Below the pieces are notes generated by a model, which did not search any database, was not told where the DNA came from, and saw only the letters and a list, made by a program, of their open reading frames with translations. From a virus, in IMG/VR virus record IMGVR_UViG_3300032323_001800, positions 64,001 to 128,000 of that record: a stretch of DNA of 64,000 nucleotides, one strand, 5' to 3'. Below are positions 1 to 10,063 of this stretch, in pieces (positions within the stretch are counted from its first letter, which is position 1; every line of letters begins with the position of its first letter). Position numbers and translations under genes: made by a program.

Positions 1-92
1 CCGATAAAACTTAAATCAGTAGTTCGATCAACTGTGCCCGGGGCAACAGTTGTTAAAAATGTTCCGCTATATCTATCAACTCTATATGACAT
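1..92 (-). CDS. 5' end of a fifth fibre/baseplate-appendage paralogue (runs off the window edge)
   Basis: Not in the ORF track. ATG at 92 reads MSYRVDRYSGTFLTTVAPGTVDRTTDLSFIG, matching the N-termini of the four paralogues at 1086-9391 (e.g. MPYQIDRFNGTVFTTVPDQTVDTTSSDLKLIG). GATAAATA lies upstream at 111-118. Confidence 0.85.
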   Translation of the reverse strand, partial: MSYRVDRYSGTFLTTVAPGTVDRTTDLSFI

Positions 93-110
93 GTTAGTTC
101 CAGTTTCGTT

Positions 111-118
111 TATTTATC
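111..118 (-). promoter_or_regulatory. T4-type late promoter (GATAAATA)
   Basis: TAAATA core in the short intergenic gap upstream of the ATG at 92; T4 late consensus is TATAAATA. Confidence 0.6.
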
Positions 119-126
119 GGCTTATT

Positions 127-597
127 TTATTCTAAATTTAGCTTTTTACTTGTTGTGGTTTTTTCTTCTTCTAAAGAAACCCAAGTATAAGCGTTGGTAT
201 TAGTAGAATAGGCTGCTATCTGTTCTTGGTGTGTAGATCTAATTGTATCTAAAAATTCTTTCATTTCTGTAAATTTTTCAGTTTTTGGTATGTCGGATTG
301 AGCTAACATATCAATAATAATATTCAATTGAGAATGTATAGGATATTTGTCTAAAACAGTAACGTTGGTTGTGTATCTAACATAGGACTCAGTTATTACT
401 GGTTTATCTGTTCTTGCTCTAATTTCACCTGAAGCAAAATCTCCGTACCAATACTCTCCGAGAGATTCGTCAAGCTCGACTATTTTAGTATCAAATTTAG
501 TTAAATCTAATTTTGATTTGTCATTGTCACTGGTTAATTCACCTATAAAAACCCCAGTGCTCTTTAAAAATAGTAATTCTCTAGATTGCTTTGCCAT
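127..597 (-). CDS. hypothetical protein in the fibre operon (156 aa)
   Basis: Clean ORF that starts 1 nt after the oxygenase stop; no motif recognised. Confidence 0.75.
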   Translation of the reverse strand: MAKQSRELLFLKSTGVFIGELTSDNDKSKLDLTKFDTKIVELDESLGEYWYGDFASGEIRARTDKPVITESYVRYTTNVTVLDKYPIHSQLNIIIDMLAQSDIPKTEKFTEMKEFLDTIRSTHQEQIAAYSTNTNAYTWVSLEEEKTTTSKKLNLE

Positions 598-598
598 T

Positions 599-1099
599 TT
601 AATTTCCTATATTTCCCCAAGCTAGCACTAAACTGTACTTAGGGGTTTCATTCTCTGTTATCTTTGTAACTTCATGTTCTATGTGTATGGGCATTTCCAA
701 TAACGCACCCGGTTCTTCTTGCACAAGGTTAGCGTTTCCGTTTTCATCAAACCATTGAAAATGAGGTTTATCGCTTTGAAGAAAAATTAGTTTAAACTTC
801 CAATAGCCGCCTGCACTGTCTCGGTGTCGCAACAAATAATCACCCGGGTCATATCTGTTAATTGTAAAGCTCGTTACAGTTTTCTTATTATCGGGAATTG
901 TTTTAAAAATAGCATCAATTAATTCGTCATTCATATTAAAATGAAATAAACTTTTTATTTTGCTATCTCCGTATGCCGTTGAAAAATTATATGTTTTACC
1001 TAAACTCCTGTCAGAAAATTTATCTCTATGCTTTTCAGCAATAGCTATAATTTCATCAGAATTAGTAAGATAATTTTTCACAAGATTAACCTGATACAT
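599..1099 (-). CDS. 2OG-Fe(II) oxygenase
   Basis: FTINRYDPGDYLLRHRDS (HxD), distal HEV and KYSLV strands. Start moved to the ATG at 1099 (MYQVNL); the track start at 1117 is a TTG further inside the upstream gene. Confidence 0.8.
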   Translation of the reverse strand: MYQVNLVKNYLTNSDEIIAIAEKHRDKFSDRSLGKTYNFSTAYGDSKIKSLFHFNMNDELIDAIFKTIPDNKKTVTSFTINRYDPGDYLLRHRDSAGGYWKFKLIFLQSDKPHFQWFDENGNANLVQEEPGALLEMPIHIEHEVTKITENETPKYSLVLAWGNIGN

Positions 1100-2825
1100 A
1101 TTCCCAACTTGTTCCAATACTATTAACTCTAAACACTAAATTATTAATTCTAGTTGGGTTATTCACTGTTGTAGTTACAGATACCGCATTAACAAAACTT
1201 ACGCTAATCCATCCGCCATACCCTAAACTAACAGCACTAGAAACATTCTGAACTGTTCCGGCTATTCTTGCTTGTTGGCCTGGTTGATAATTTCCGGTAG
1301 GTGCTAGTGTATTCAACAATGAAGCTATATTTGTATTTGTAAGTCCTCTAACATCTAAAGAAAATACCAAAGGTTTTAATGTATAGAAATCTTGCACATA
1401 CTCATCAACATATTGTTTAGTTGCAGCGTGATTTGGTTCTACTGGATCTCCGGGAAGTGTTAGATATCCGGTCATAACGCTACCAGACTTGGCAACTTTA
1501 GTATTATCAAATACTGTTATGTTTTGAGTGCCGTCAAATTCTTCGCCATTTATAAAAACTTCAGATGCCAATCTTACTGCTGAATCGGCTCGACCTTGAA
1601 ATTCTACCCCTATAAAAGTTTTTGTAACATGGTTATAAGCTAGGTCATCGTTAATATCAAACAGATCGCCTGTATGGTCGCCTTCGGTATCACCGATTAA
1701 ATTACCTGCTACATTACCTGTTAAGTTTCCTGAAAAATTTCCAATGAATGTTTTAGTAGAAGAATTATACGATACACTTAAATCTTGTGCTTGAATATTT
1801 CCTCTATGAGTGCCTATCGAATTGCCAGTAAGACTACCAACAACATTGCCTTGAACATTACCTTCAACATCTGCTAGTATGTTTGTAGCATATATATTGT
1901 TCCATCGCTTACTGACGCTTCCGATGTTTAAATTACCGTTAGTTCCGGGTATAAATCCGTCCGGATTAAAAACGTAATCTAATACTTCAGTATTATCGAC
2001 TATTCTTAAAACAAAATCTGTTCCTGATAGGTTACTAAGAACAGGACTATTACCGTTTTCGACATATATTCTTAAATCGCTTCCGTCACCTACATAGAAT
2101 CCAGCATCATCAAAACCTGATCCATTATTGGTTCGCAATACAAAACTTTCTATACCGTAGCCGTCTAATTTTTTTGAATTACTCGATGATCCCCAATACC
2201 AATAATCCCCCGATGTTACTCCAGATGATCCTGTATTGATTAGCGTGAAGCCCTTTTTAATTGTTGTAAAACCAGTTATTCCCTCAATAATTCCAATATC
2301 AAATTGGTCATTAGATATCGTTGCAATTACATCACTGTCCATAAACACTTTAACAATAGCATGTTCAGTGTTTCCGTTGTCTCGAATAGTGTCCGAAACT
2401 AGTCTAGTAACTCCAAATCCTGGAGATTGTTCTGGCCCAACAGTGACAAATTCTATACCATTCCATACGCTGACTTGATTTTTATTCGAATCAAACCAAA
2501 GATTTCCTTGATCTTTAATAGTAAGACCAGTTGGCGGTGTAGCTTCAACTTCAGTAACCGTTAAACTTCTCCATGCGTTTGTAGAATCTCTATATTTTAT
2601 TTTATTGTTTGCTTCGTCAAACCATAGTTGCCCAATTACTGGTTTTCTAGGAGCTGTGGTATTTCTAAAATTTTCTAATAAATGTAGAAAGTTTTCGTTC
2701 TGAACTTCACCATACCCGGCATAGTTTTTACCAATTAGTTTTAAATCACTACTGGTTGTATCGACTGTTTGATCAGGGACCGTTGTAAATACAGTTCCGT
2801 TAAATCTATCAATTTGGTATGGCAT
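1086..2825 (-). CDS. tail fibre / baseplate appendage paralogue (579 aa)
   Basis: Shared N-terminal GKNYAGYGEVQNENFLHLLENF domain, G-N-x-x repeats, HAATKQYVD motif. Confidence 0.75.
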   Translation of the reverse strand: MPYQIDRFNGTVFTTVPDQTVDTTSSDLKLIGKNYAGYGEVQNENFLHLLENFRNTTAPRKPVIGQLWFDEANNKIKYRDSTNAWRSLTVTEVEATPPTGLTIKDQGNLWFDSNKNQVSVWNGIEFVTVGPEQSPGFGVTRLVSDTIRDNGNTEHAIVKVFMDSDVIATISNDQFDIGIIEGITGFTTIKKGFTLINTGSSGVTSGDYWYWGSSSNSKKLDGYGIESFVLRTNNGSGFDDAGFYVGDGSDLRIYVENGNSPVLSNLSGTDFVLRIVDNTEVLDYVFNPDGFIPGTNGNLNIGSVSKRWNNIYATNILADVEGNVQGNVVGSLTGNSIGTHRGNIQAQDLSVSYNSSTKTFIGNFSGNLTGNVAGNLIGDTEGDHTGDLFDINDDLAYNHVTKTFIGVEFQGRADSAVRLASEVFINGEEFDGTQNITVFDNTKVAKSGSVMTGYLTLPGDPVEPNHAATKQYVDEYVQDFYTLKPLVFSLDVRGLTNTNIASLLNTLAPTGNYQPGQQARIAGTVQNVSSAVSLGYGGWISVSFVNAVSVTTTVNNPTRINNLVFRVNSIGTSWEYVSG

Positions 2826-2837
2826 CTGTTCGCTCCG

Positions 2838-3197
2838 TTATTCTGTTATACTTTTAGCAATTTCTTGACGTTGATTTTCTAAATCTAAATATTCTTGCTC
2901 GGTCATAGTTGTGTCAATAGTTAATGCTTTTTCTCTTAGGTGTCTTAATATTTTCCAATCAGTAGAATTTAAAAATTCACGTTTTTCATTATTTTCATTG
3001 AAAGTTTGTTGTTGTATTAATTGTTCTGGTGGTATAGTATCTACTGTTCTAGAATTTATATTAAAGTAGTGAGTTTTATTTTCAATTTTAGTAAAATCAT
3101 TGTCAGAAATCTCTACAACAGTAACAGTTTGTGGCACCGACGGTTGATAATTTAATATCGATATAACTTGATTATTTTCTAAACATACGTAGTGCAT
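2838..3197 (-). CDS. tail fibre assembly chaperone-like protein
   Basis: C-terminal FLNSTDWKILRH...RQEI pattern of fibre-chaperone type, located directly after a fibre gene. Start moved to the ATG at 3197 (MHYVCLE). Confidence 0.55.
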   Translation of the reverse strand: MHYVCLENNQVISILNYQPSVPQTVTVVEISDNDFTKIENKTHYFNINSRTVDTIPPEQLIQQQTFNENNEKREFLNSTDWKILRHLREKALTIDTTMTEQEYLDLENQRQEIAKSITE

Positions 3198-3199
3198 TT

Positions 3200-5164
3200 T
3201 TAACTCCAAATAGCTAGCCAGTTGGCTGCAGGTGTTGATCTTTGTTCTGTATTTTGTACATAAACTCTAATTCTATCTCCCAAATTACTCCAAGTACAAC
3301 GTAAAGAGTCGTTACCATCAACTCGTCCGGCATAATGAATCACTGCTATACTAGGTATAAAAGCTACTAAATTAGACATAGTTTTATTTCCAGTACCGGA
3401 TACTGAAAAATCATACATTATAACTGTATGTTGATATGTTCCACTTCCAAGAGTAAATTCGAAAACTCCAGAAAAAACTATCGACCCTCTAGTATATCGT
3501 CTTTCACTATCACTTAGAATTGTAGCTGTTTGCAACGGAGAAGACACTTCAAATGTATTATTAAAATTTACATAGGTAGCCACGCCGTAAAATTCTGTTC
3601 CTAAAAATTCAGGAGCAGACAATGGAGGATCTATTACTATCCATTCGTTTGGAACTACAGAATTAACGTCGTTTAATGCTGCTGCATAATCGTTAATATT
3701 TCTTATTGTTGATGTAACTGACACAGTTGGTTGAGAACCTGGAGGAAATACATCAAAAAAGTTTGCACTATTATTCCAAGAACCTACTTGATTAGTAAAT
3801 CCAGCTGTGCTATACGTTGTGTTTCCGTACGTTATTGTATAATTGGATGGTATAGCTGCTAGTGCTCCTTGAAGCACTATATTATCACGAGTATCAACAT
3901 ATCGCTTAGTGGCAGCATGTAAGGCAGATGTAGGATCAACTGGTAACGTTAATATTCCAGTCAATGTTCCACCGTTGATAGGAAGCTTTGTGTTATCGAC
4001 AATTGTTATATTTCCAGTACCATCAAACGCTTCACCGTTTATTGTTCTTGGTGTTTGTAATCTAGTAGCGGTTGTAGAATTTCCAGAAACATCTCCAGTA
4101 ACATTACCTATAACATTCCCTGTGACATTTCCTAGATGATCTCCTGCTAGATTTCCTGTAACGTTACCTGTTAAATTACCAGTGACGGTGCCTGTAACAT
4201 TACCTGTAACATTACCTGTAACATTACCCTGTAAATTTCCAACCACATCACCTTGAACATCACCAAACACTGCTACAGCAGATGCTCCTGTTAATGTTCC
4301 TACAAAGTTATTTGCTGTGATTGTTCCTGCAGAAAAATTTCCGCTGCTATCACGTTTAACAATAGTATCATCTAAATTATTCGAACTAGCATCTACTGAC
4401 CAAGTAACCGATGTTGATCCAGTATAATTACTGCCAATCAAATGCTCCCCTGGAATTAACGGATTTGGAGATACAGCATTAATTGTTATATCTGCTGATC
4501 CGTTAAATGCTACTCCATTTATATTTCTAGCAGTTGCTAATGCAGTAGCGGTAGTAGCATTGCCATTGACCTGTCCGTTAAAAACTGACGTTGAGGAAAC
4601 TGTTATACCTTTTTTAAGATTAGTAAATCCTGCTACGGCATCCAAGGAATTAATTTCAAAATCTCTTTCGGCAAATATTGCTACCACAGTATCATTAAGA
4701 GTAGCCTTTATAATCGGCCAATAATTTCCAGATATATCTCGAGCCTTAGACGATATCAATCTAGTATCGCCAAATCCAAGCACTATCTCGGGCCCAATAA
4801 ATTGCCAAGCAGTTCCTGTATAAACATATAATTTTTTATTACCATCTAACCATTGGTCGCCTGCTGCCGGTGTGGTTGGTTGAGTTGATGATATTTCTAC
4901 ACCGCCAATAGTGTTCCACTCGTTGCCGCTATAGACCTTAATTCTTCCCTCGGTAGCATTGAACCATAATTGTCCAATTATTGGTCTGCCAGGTGCGTTT
5001 TCACCAGCAAAATTTTCTAGTAACCATAGGAAATTTTCGTTTTGAATTTCTCCATATCCGGCAAAGTTTTTTCCTACTAGTCCAACACTGGTAGTTGAGT
5101 CCAAAGTACCATCTTCTAGTACAACTAGAGGGTCTCCGTTAAATTTATTAATTTGATATGGCAT
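3200..5164 (-). CDS. tail fibre paralogue (654 aa)
   Basis: Shared N-terminal domain, two NATTAT..L.T.R.INGV.FDG repeats, GNVT repeats, HAATKRYVD, distinct C-terminal tip. Confidence 0.75.
   Translation of the reverse strand: MPYQINKFNGDPLVVLEDGTLDSTTSVGLVGKNFAGYGEIQNENFLWLLENFAGENAPGRPIIGQLWFNATEGRIKVYSGNEWNTIGGVEISSTQPTTPAAGDQWLDGNKKLYVYTGTAWQFIGPEIVLGFGDTRLISSKARDISGNYWPIIKATLNDTVVAIFAERDFEINSLDAVAGFTNLKKGITVSSTSVFNGQVNGNATTATALATARNINGVAFNGSADITINAVSPNPLIPGEHLIGSNYTGSTSVTWSVDASSNNLDDTIVKRDSSGNFSAGTITANNFVGTLTGASAVAVFGDVQGDVVGNLQGNVTGNVTGNVTGTVTGNLTGNVTGNLAGDHLGNVTGNVIGNVTGDVSGNSTTATRLQTPRTINGEAFDGTGNITIVDNTKLPINGGTLTGILTLPVDPTSALHAATKRYVDTRDNIVLQGALAAIPSNYTITYGNTTYSTAGFTNQVGSWNNSANFFDVFPPGSQPTVSVTSTIRNINDYAAALNDVNSVVPNEWIVIDPPLSAPEFLGTEFYGVATYVNFNNTFEVSSPLQTATILSDSERRYTRGSIVFSGVFEFTLGSGTYQHTVIMYDFSVSGTGNKTMSNLVAFIPSIAVIHYAGRVDGNDSLRCTWSNLGDRIRVYVQNTEQRSTPAANWLAIWS
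4191..4228. repeat. in-frame 12-bp tandem repeat (cctgtaacatta x3) within a GNVT-repeat shaft
   Basis: Exact copies at 4191-4202, 4203-4214 and 4215-4226, with degenerate copies on both sides. Confidence 0.9.
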
Positions 5165-5185
5165 GGTTTAATCCGCTGTTTGTAA

Positions 5186-5192
5186 TATTTAA
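5186..5192 (-). promoter_or_regulatory. late promoter-like TTAAATA
   Basis: Intergenic TAAATA upstream of the ATG at 5164. Confidence 0.5.
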
Positions 5193-5193
5193 C

Positions 5194-7173
5194 TTAAACA
5201 TAAGTTCCAAAAAGTGCTGAGTTAGTTGTTGTTGGAGAATCGTCTTCATCAATAAAGGTTCTTACCCAAGATTTGCCGCTAGGTGCTCCAGATGCTGTTA
5301 ATGTAAATACCTGACGACCTCTTCTTACTAACGGTCTAGCAAATGCTCGTCTTGGAAACTCTTCAGCTGCTACTGTTTGAATATATCCGTCAGCAGTAGT
5401 CGTTAAAAGATTTATCTGCATAGGTAATTGATCAGGCAAATAATATCTCATAGTTGATATTCTTGTTTCTGTACCCACATCGTATTCTGTAGTTGGTGCT
5501 ATGCTTTCAATGATAGCAGCAATTTCAGATTCAGTTAATGGAGTATCAATTAACGGATCGTCGCCTGTGATGTCTAATGTCAAAGGAATATTTCTTGTTC
5601 TTACTAGTCCAGCAACGTATTTTTTAGATGTTGCTTCCGAAAGCTCTGTTGATGTTAAAATATTTCCCGCTTCAACTGTTTGATCAATACTGTCTTCGCT
5701 AGTAGTTTGCACACCAATAATTTTTGGTTTTGTTGCGCCTTCTAAAATTACATTGCCTAACGGTTCTATAATTATATTGGCAGGATTAGCACTACCGCCA
5801 TCTATGTAAGCCGCAGATCTAGCATTATTAGAAATTCTATTATTATTAATTGTAATGTTATCAGATGTAACAGAAGTTTGAGCACCGAATGATGTTAATC
5901 CTGGAGCAGAACTAACTGCGCTGGTTAATTCTATACCCGACCCAGTATCTCTTAGTACTTCAATTCCGCCAATTTTATAAGATTTAAGTGCTGGAATATC
6001 GATAGTTTCTGTAAAGTCCCAATCGCTTGTAGATTGATTCCATAGAATTGAATGATCGGTTGTGCCTTTTAGAACAATGCCGCCGCCATTAGCAGTGGTG
6101 TCTGTAGCAGATCCAGATTCTGGTACTCCTAATTCTATTGTCTTATCTAATAATCGTATAGTCTCTGATGCTACAAAAACAGTAGATCCTTCTACTGTTA
6201 AATTACCTTTTACTGTTAGTGCGCCGCCGACTGTGGTAATACTGTTTAAGTTTGATGGATATATATTAAACTCGTCTGGATTGCTTGTTAAAAGATCACC
6301 AGGTTTAATCACTAACGAATTTCCAACAATATTATCTCTAGTAGTTCTAAAAACTATCTGTCTATTATCGGAAATGTTTGACATAATTACATCGCCGGAT
6401 CCCTCTACTGATAAGTTACCTTGTGGCCCAGGACCCCACGATATTCCAGCAACGTTTTGAATAGTAATTGGTTGAGTGAATGTATTAGCAATGCCCTTTC
6501 TAGGATATTCGGCTGCTACGTAAGTTCCTAGTCTTTCTGCATCTTCTACTATCCCTCGATATTTAAAATCAGCAGGGTTAGCTGGATTGAATCCAATTCT
6601 GATAACAGGGCTCGGATTCGATGGATCTGCATTATATCCTGCTGGTCTGGTTCTAATAACAAATTCAACTGAACTAAAATAACCGGACAGCGAACCTGCT
6701 GTATATAATGATGTTACTGTTCTAAATCGTCGATTATTATCTTCAATCTGTTCAACCCGAATTCCACTGATACCTTGATTGAATGAAAAATCAGGACCTA
6801 ACAAGTAATCACGGACTCCGTCAAAGAAATATAATTGTTTATCTACACTGTTAAACCAAAAATCACCAACACCTACTTGTAATGGTCTAGATTCCGATAA
6901 TACCGCAGTTCCAATTGATTTCCAACCCGAACCGGAATATACTTTAATTCTTGCTTCTGCTGTATCATACCATAGTTGTCCTTCTAACGGATTACCTGGT
7001 TGTGACTGGCTGGCGAAGTTTTCTAATATTTTAACAAAATTTTCATTGATAAATTCACCAAACCCACTGTAATTTTTTCCAACCAACGTTATATCAGTAG
7101 TTGCTTGATCGATTTGACCGTCAGCAACTACTACTATTGGTGTTCCGTCAGTTTTATTAATTGTATATGCCAT
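5194..7173 (-). CDS. tail fibre / baseplate appendage paralogue (659 aa)
   Basis: Shared N-terminal GKNYSGFGEFINENFVKILENF domain; C-terminus resembles that of 1086-2825 (PLTLDITG vs PLVFSLDVRG). Confidence 0.75.
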   Translation of the reverse strand: MAYTINKTDGTPIVVVADGQIDQATTDITLVGKNYSGFGEFINENFVKILENFASQSQPGNPLEGQLWYDTAEARIKVYSGSGWKSIGTAVLSESRPLQVGVGDFWFNSVDKQLYFFDGVRDYLLGPDFSFNQGISGIRVEQIEDNNRRFRTVTSLYTAGSLSGYFSSVEFVIRTRPAGYNADPSNPSPVIRIGFNPANPADFKYRGIVEDAERLGTYVAAEYPRKGIANTFTQPITIQNVAGISWGPGPQGNLSVEGSGDVIMSNISDNRQIVFRTTRDNIVGNSLVIKPGDLLTSNPDEFNIYPSNLNSITTVGGALTVKGNLTVEGSTVFVASETIRLLDKTIELGVPESGSATDTTANGGGIVLKGTTDHSILWNQSTSDWDFTETIDIPALKSYKIGGIEVLRDTGSGIELTSAVSSAPGLTSFGAQTSVTSDNITINNNRISNNARSAAYIDGGSANPANIIIEPLGNVILEGATKPKIIGVQTTSEDSIDQTVEAGNILTSTELSEATSKKYVAGLVRTRNIPLTLDITGDDPLIDTPLTESEIAAIIESIAPTTEYDVGTETRISTMRYYLPDQLPMQINLLTTTADGYIQTVAAEEFPRRAFARPLVRRGRQVFTLTASGAPSGKSWVRTFIDEDDSPTTTNSALFGTYV

Positions 7174-7183
7174 ATTTTATACC

Positions 7184-9391
7184 TTAAACAGTTTGTTCTT
7201 CAATTGGTTTTCCAGATCTAATAATGTAATTTAAAGTTATAAAAGGATTTAACACTTCAAACGGACGACCTGTTAATGATGTTGATGCGCCAGGAGCTCT
7301 TCTATTTTCATCAGCGATCCTAACAAGTCCTGAAGATGTCATTTTTCTACTTTGATTAATCAATGTACCATATGCTGTAGATGAGTTTGGCACCTGTGGA
7401 GGACCAATCGGTGTTTGTGGTGTAAAATCAACCACCGATGTTGCTCGATCATGCAGTACATAATATTGAATGTTAGACGGTTGATTGTCAGATCGTCTTC
7501 CTTGTAAATCATGATCGTGATCTGGAATATTAAATGGTTCAATGATATACTCAGATGCTCCGCCGCTGTCACCTAAAATGTTAGCTGCGCCGTCACTCTT
7601 AACTCTATATGTTGTAGCTGTTAGATCAATTGTAGCTGGGATTCCGCCCGGAAACGGCATGTCTAAATCGTTGTTCATGGTCTGCAGACCGAGAACAAAT
7701 CGTCCTCGTAAATCAGGTAATCTAAAAGATCCACCCGATGTAGTAACAGGTGTTAATGGAACCGATCCGTTATAAATTGAACCGATAACTTCAAAAAGTG
7801 CTCGATATCGATATACTTCAACTTCCGACCCGTCACATAATAAGTAACCGGGTGGTAAATTTCTCCAGGCATCTGAGCCCGATCCTTGACCAGCATAAGG
7901 TAAAATTGTTCCAATCGGAACTGATAAGTCATCAAAAAACACCGCTCTGGTTGTTTTTCTTAAACCTGTACTTGATCTATAGACTAGAATTTCATCTGAA
8001 TCTTTAGACGTTCCTATTGATGGTTTATTTGAAATAATATCAGCAGTAAGCTGAGTAGTAAAAACTTTGTTTAAATTACCAGTACCATTAAAAGAAACAA
8101 CGTTACTTTGTACGTCGCCCTCAAGTTTAAAGTTAGTAGCAGATCTTAGACTTGTTGCCGAATTGGCATTACCGCCAATGTCTCCATCTAAGTTTCCTTC
8201 GATAGTGTTTGCTACAATAGTGTCAGCATAAATTGTGTTGTATCTATTTGTTACTTTTCCAATTGTTTCTGATGCTGTTCTTGGTTCTAAAGATTTAGTT
8301 TTTAATGTACCATTTAATAATTCAAGATCACCGCCGACGATAATATTCTTAGAAACTGCTAGTCCGCCTAATGTTCTTACTGATCCATTTTCTAAGTTAG
8401 TTGCATCGTCTGTAGAATTACTTAAAATTGTACCAGTTAATTCTAGATTTCCTAAAATGTCTAATGCTTCAGTAGGAGACTGAGTATTAATTCCAACCTT
8501 GTCCTCAACTACACGAATAATTGTATTGGGCTGACCTGATCGACTTGTTTGGATATCAATAGCAGCACCTGCTGTTGAATTGTAAATTGTAGAATTAGCA
8601 TTTGAAACACTTAAACGGAAGTTACCGTCAGTACCAACAGTAAGCCCTGCGTTATCCTTAACGTTAAATTGCTTTTGAATTGTTCCGATTTCGTCAGTTC
8701 TTAAAAAACTTGTAGAAGGAATTGTATTTGTACCAACTACTAGTCCTTCAGCTGATGTAGCAATACCAACAAACTTTGGTGTAAAAGCTCCTGCGCCAAT
8801 GTCTGTTCTAGTTGTTAAGTTAATACCTGTTCTAATTAAAGAAAATCCCTGAATTGATATTTTTGGTACAAACTGATCTCTACTGATAATAGATACTGGG
8901 ATGTCATCAGTATAGAATATGATAACTGTTCTTTTTAAGTTATCGATGTCGAACAACGATTCAACTAGCGGGCCTGAACGTGTGCCTTCGCTGAATTGCG
9001 GGCCAACTAATATCCAGTTTGTGCCCGACCAAAGATATAACTGTTGAGTTGATGTATTGACCCACAAGTCGCCCACATCAGCATCTGTCGGTTCATTAAC
9101 CGCAGTCTTAATGTTACTGGTGGTTTTCCAACCAATACCATCAAAAACAAATAATCTGTTTTCATTAGAATTATACCACAGTTGCCCAATTACTGCTTTT
9201 GCTGTAGAAGGTGCAACATCACTGGCAAAATTTTCTAATAAATGTAAAAAGTTTTCAGCAATTAATTTACCATATCCTGTTTGATTTCTTCCAGGCAACG
9301 TTAAACTAGTTGCTGTATTTGGTGTGTTATCAACGACTTCTAACGGTTCTGGATTTAAATTGTCGTCTGTAAAGAATACGCTATATGTCAT
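7184..9391 (-). CDS. paralogue with phage tail-collar domain (gp10/gp12-like short fibre, 735 aa)
   Basis: Shared N-terminal domain plus collar motif PIGTILPYAG...PGYLLCDG...LFEVIG...FRLPDLRGRF and terminal NPFITLNYIIR. Confidence 0.8.
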   Translation of the reverse strand: MTYSVFFTDDNLNPEPLEVVDNTPNTATSLTLPGRNQTGYGKLIAENFLHLLENFASDVAPSTAKAVIGQLWYNSNENRLFVFDGIGWKTTSNIKTAVNEPTDADVGDLWVNTSTQQLYLWSGTNWILVGPQFSEGTRSGPLVESLFDIDNLKRTVIIFYTDDIPVSIISRDQFVPKISIQGFSLIRTGINLTTRTDIGAGAFTPKFVGIATSAEGLVVGTNTIPSTSFLRTDEIGTIQKQFNVKDNAGLTVGTDGNFRLSVSNANSTIYNSTAGAAIDIQTSRSGQPNTIIRVVEDKVGINTQSPTEALDILGNLELTGTILSNSTDDATNLENGSVRTLGGLAVSKNIIVGGDLELLNGTLKTKSLEPRTASETIGKVTNRYNTIYADTIVANTIEGNLDGDIGGNANSATSLRSATNFKLEGDVQSNVVSFNGTGNLNKVFTTQLTADIISNKPSIGTSKDSDEILVYRSSTGLRKTTRAVFFDDLSVPIGTILPYAGQGSGSDAWRNLPPGYLLCDGSEVEVYRYRALFEVIGSIYNGSVPLTPVTTSGGSFRLPDLRGRFVLGLQTMNNDLDMPFPGGIPATIDLTATTYRVKSDGAANILGDSGGASEYIIEPFNIPDHDHDLQGRRSDNQPSNIQYYVLHDRATSVVDFTPQTPIGPPQVPNSSTAYGTLINQSRKMTSSGLVRIADENRRAPGASTSLTGRPFEVLNPFITLNYIIRSGKPIEEQTV

Positions 9392-9393
9392 TT

Positions 9394-10050
9394 TTATACC
9401 TCAGTAAAACCGGTTAAGCTTTGTACTCGAACGGTATAATCTATTTGAATTAATCGATTTAATGATTTTTGCACAGGGTGAAAAATAACATGAGTTAAAA
9501 GCCTGCCAGTTCCGGCTGCTTTTAATCCCAATTCATCAAATACAAATTCGCCGGACAAGTCAGTTGAATTGTCAAACGCCTCTTGGCCGCTTGGTTCGCC
9601 GTAGTCTAATAAACAGGAAACTAAAATATCAGAATAAGTTGCTCCGCTGATATGTCTAACTTCCATTTTATTTCTAATGTTATCAGTATTAATAGCAGAA
9701 TTTTGATCAACAACTTTTAGATAAGTTTGATTATATAAACTTGAATTTATACCCACAGTGTTTGGAGTCAAATAGGTAATTAACCCTGTTGGATCTACCA
9801 CTGTACCTCCGTTGCCAAATACCATTTCTGATATCCATCCTTGACCTTGGTTTGATAACGCACTAGCCATTGCTACTGACATATTTTCGTAGTGTATAGC
9901 GTTTCGTTTATCTATGAAAACTTCTTTAGTTTCAGGGTCAAATATTTTAATATGACCTTCAACATGAAATCCCATATTCTCGTCAGGGCGAGAAATTGGT
10001 ATATTTTTATCTGTATTTTGTGGCATAATTTTAGACTCGTCTTTTTCCAT
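9394..10050 (-). CDS. baseplate / fibre-attachment structural protein (218 aa)
   Basis: Lies between the giant wedge gene and the collar fibre; FDELGL...LLTHVIFHPVQK pattern. Confidence 0.55.
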   Translation of the reverse strand: MEKDESKIMPQNTDKNIPISRPDENMGFHVEGHIKIFDPETKEVFIDKRNAIHYENMSVAMASALSNQGQGWISEMVFGNGGTVVDPTGLITYLTPNTVGINSSLYNQTYLKVVDQNSAINTDNIRNKMEVRHISGATYSDILVSCLLDYGEPSGQEAFDNSTDLSGEFVFDELGLKAAGTGRLLTHVIFHPVQKSLNRLIQIDYTVRVQSLTGFTEV

Positions 10051-10055
10051 ATATG

Positions 10056-10063
10056 TATTTATT
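10056..10063 (-). promoter_or_regulatory. late promoter AATAAATA overlapping the upstream stop codon
   Basis: TAAATA ends 5 nt before the ATG at 10050. Confidence 0.55.
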
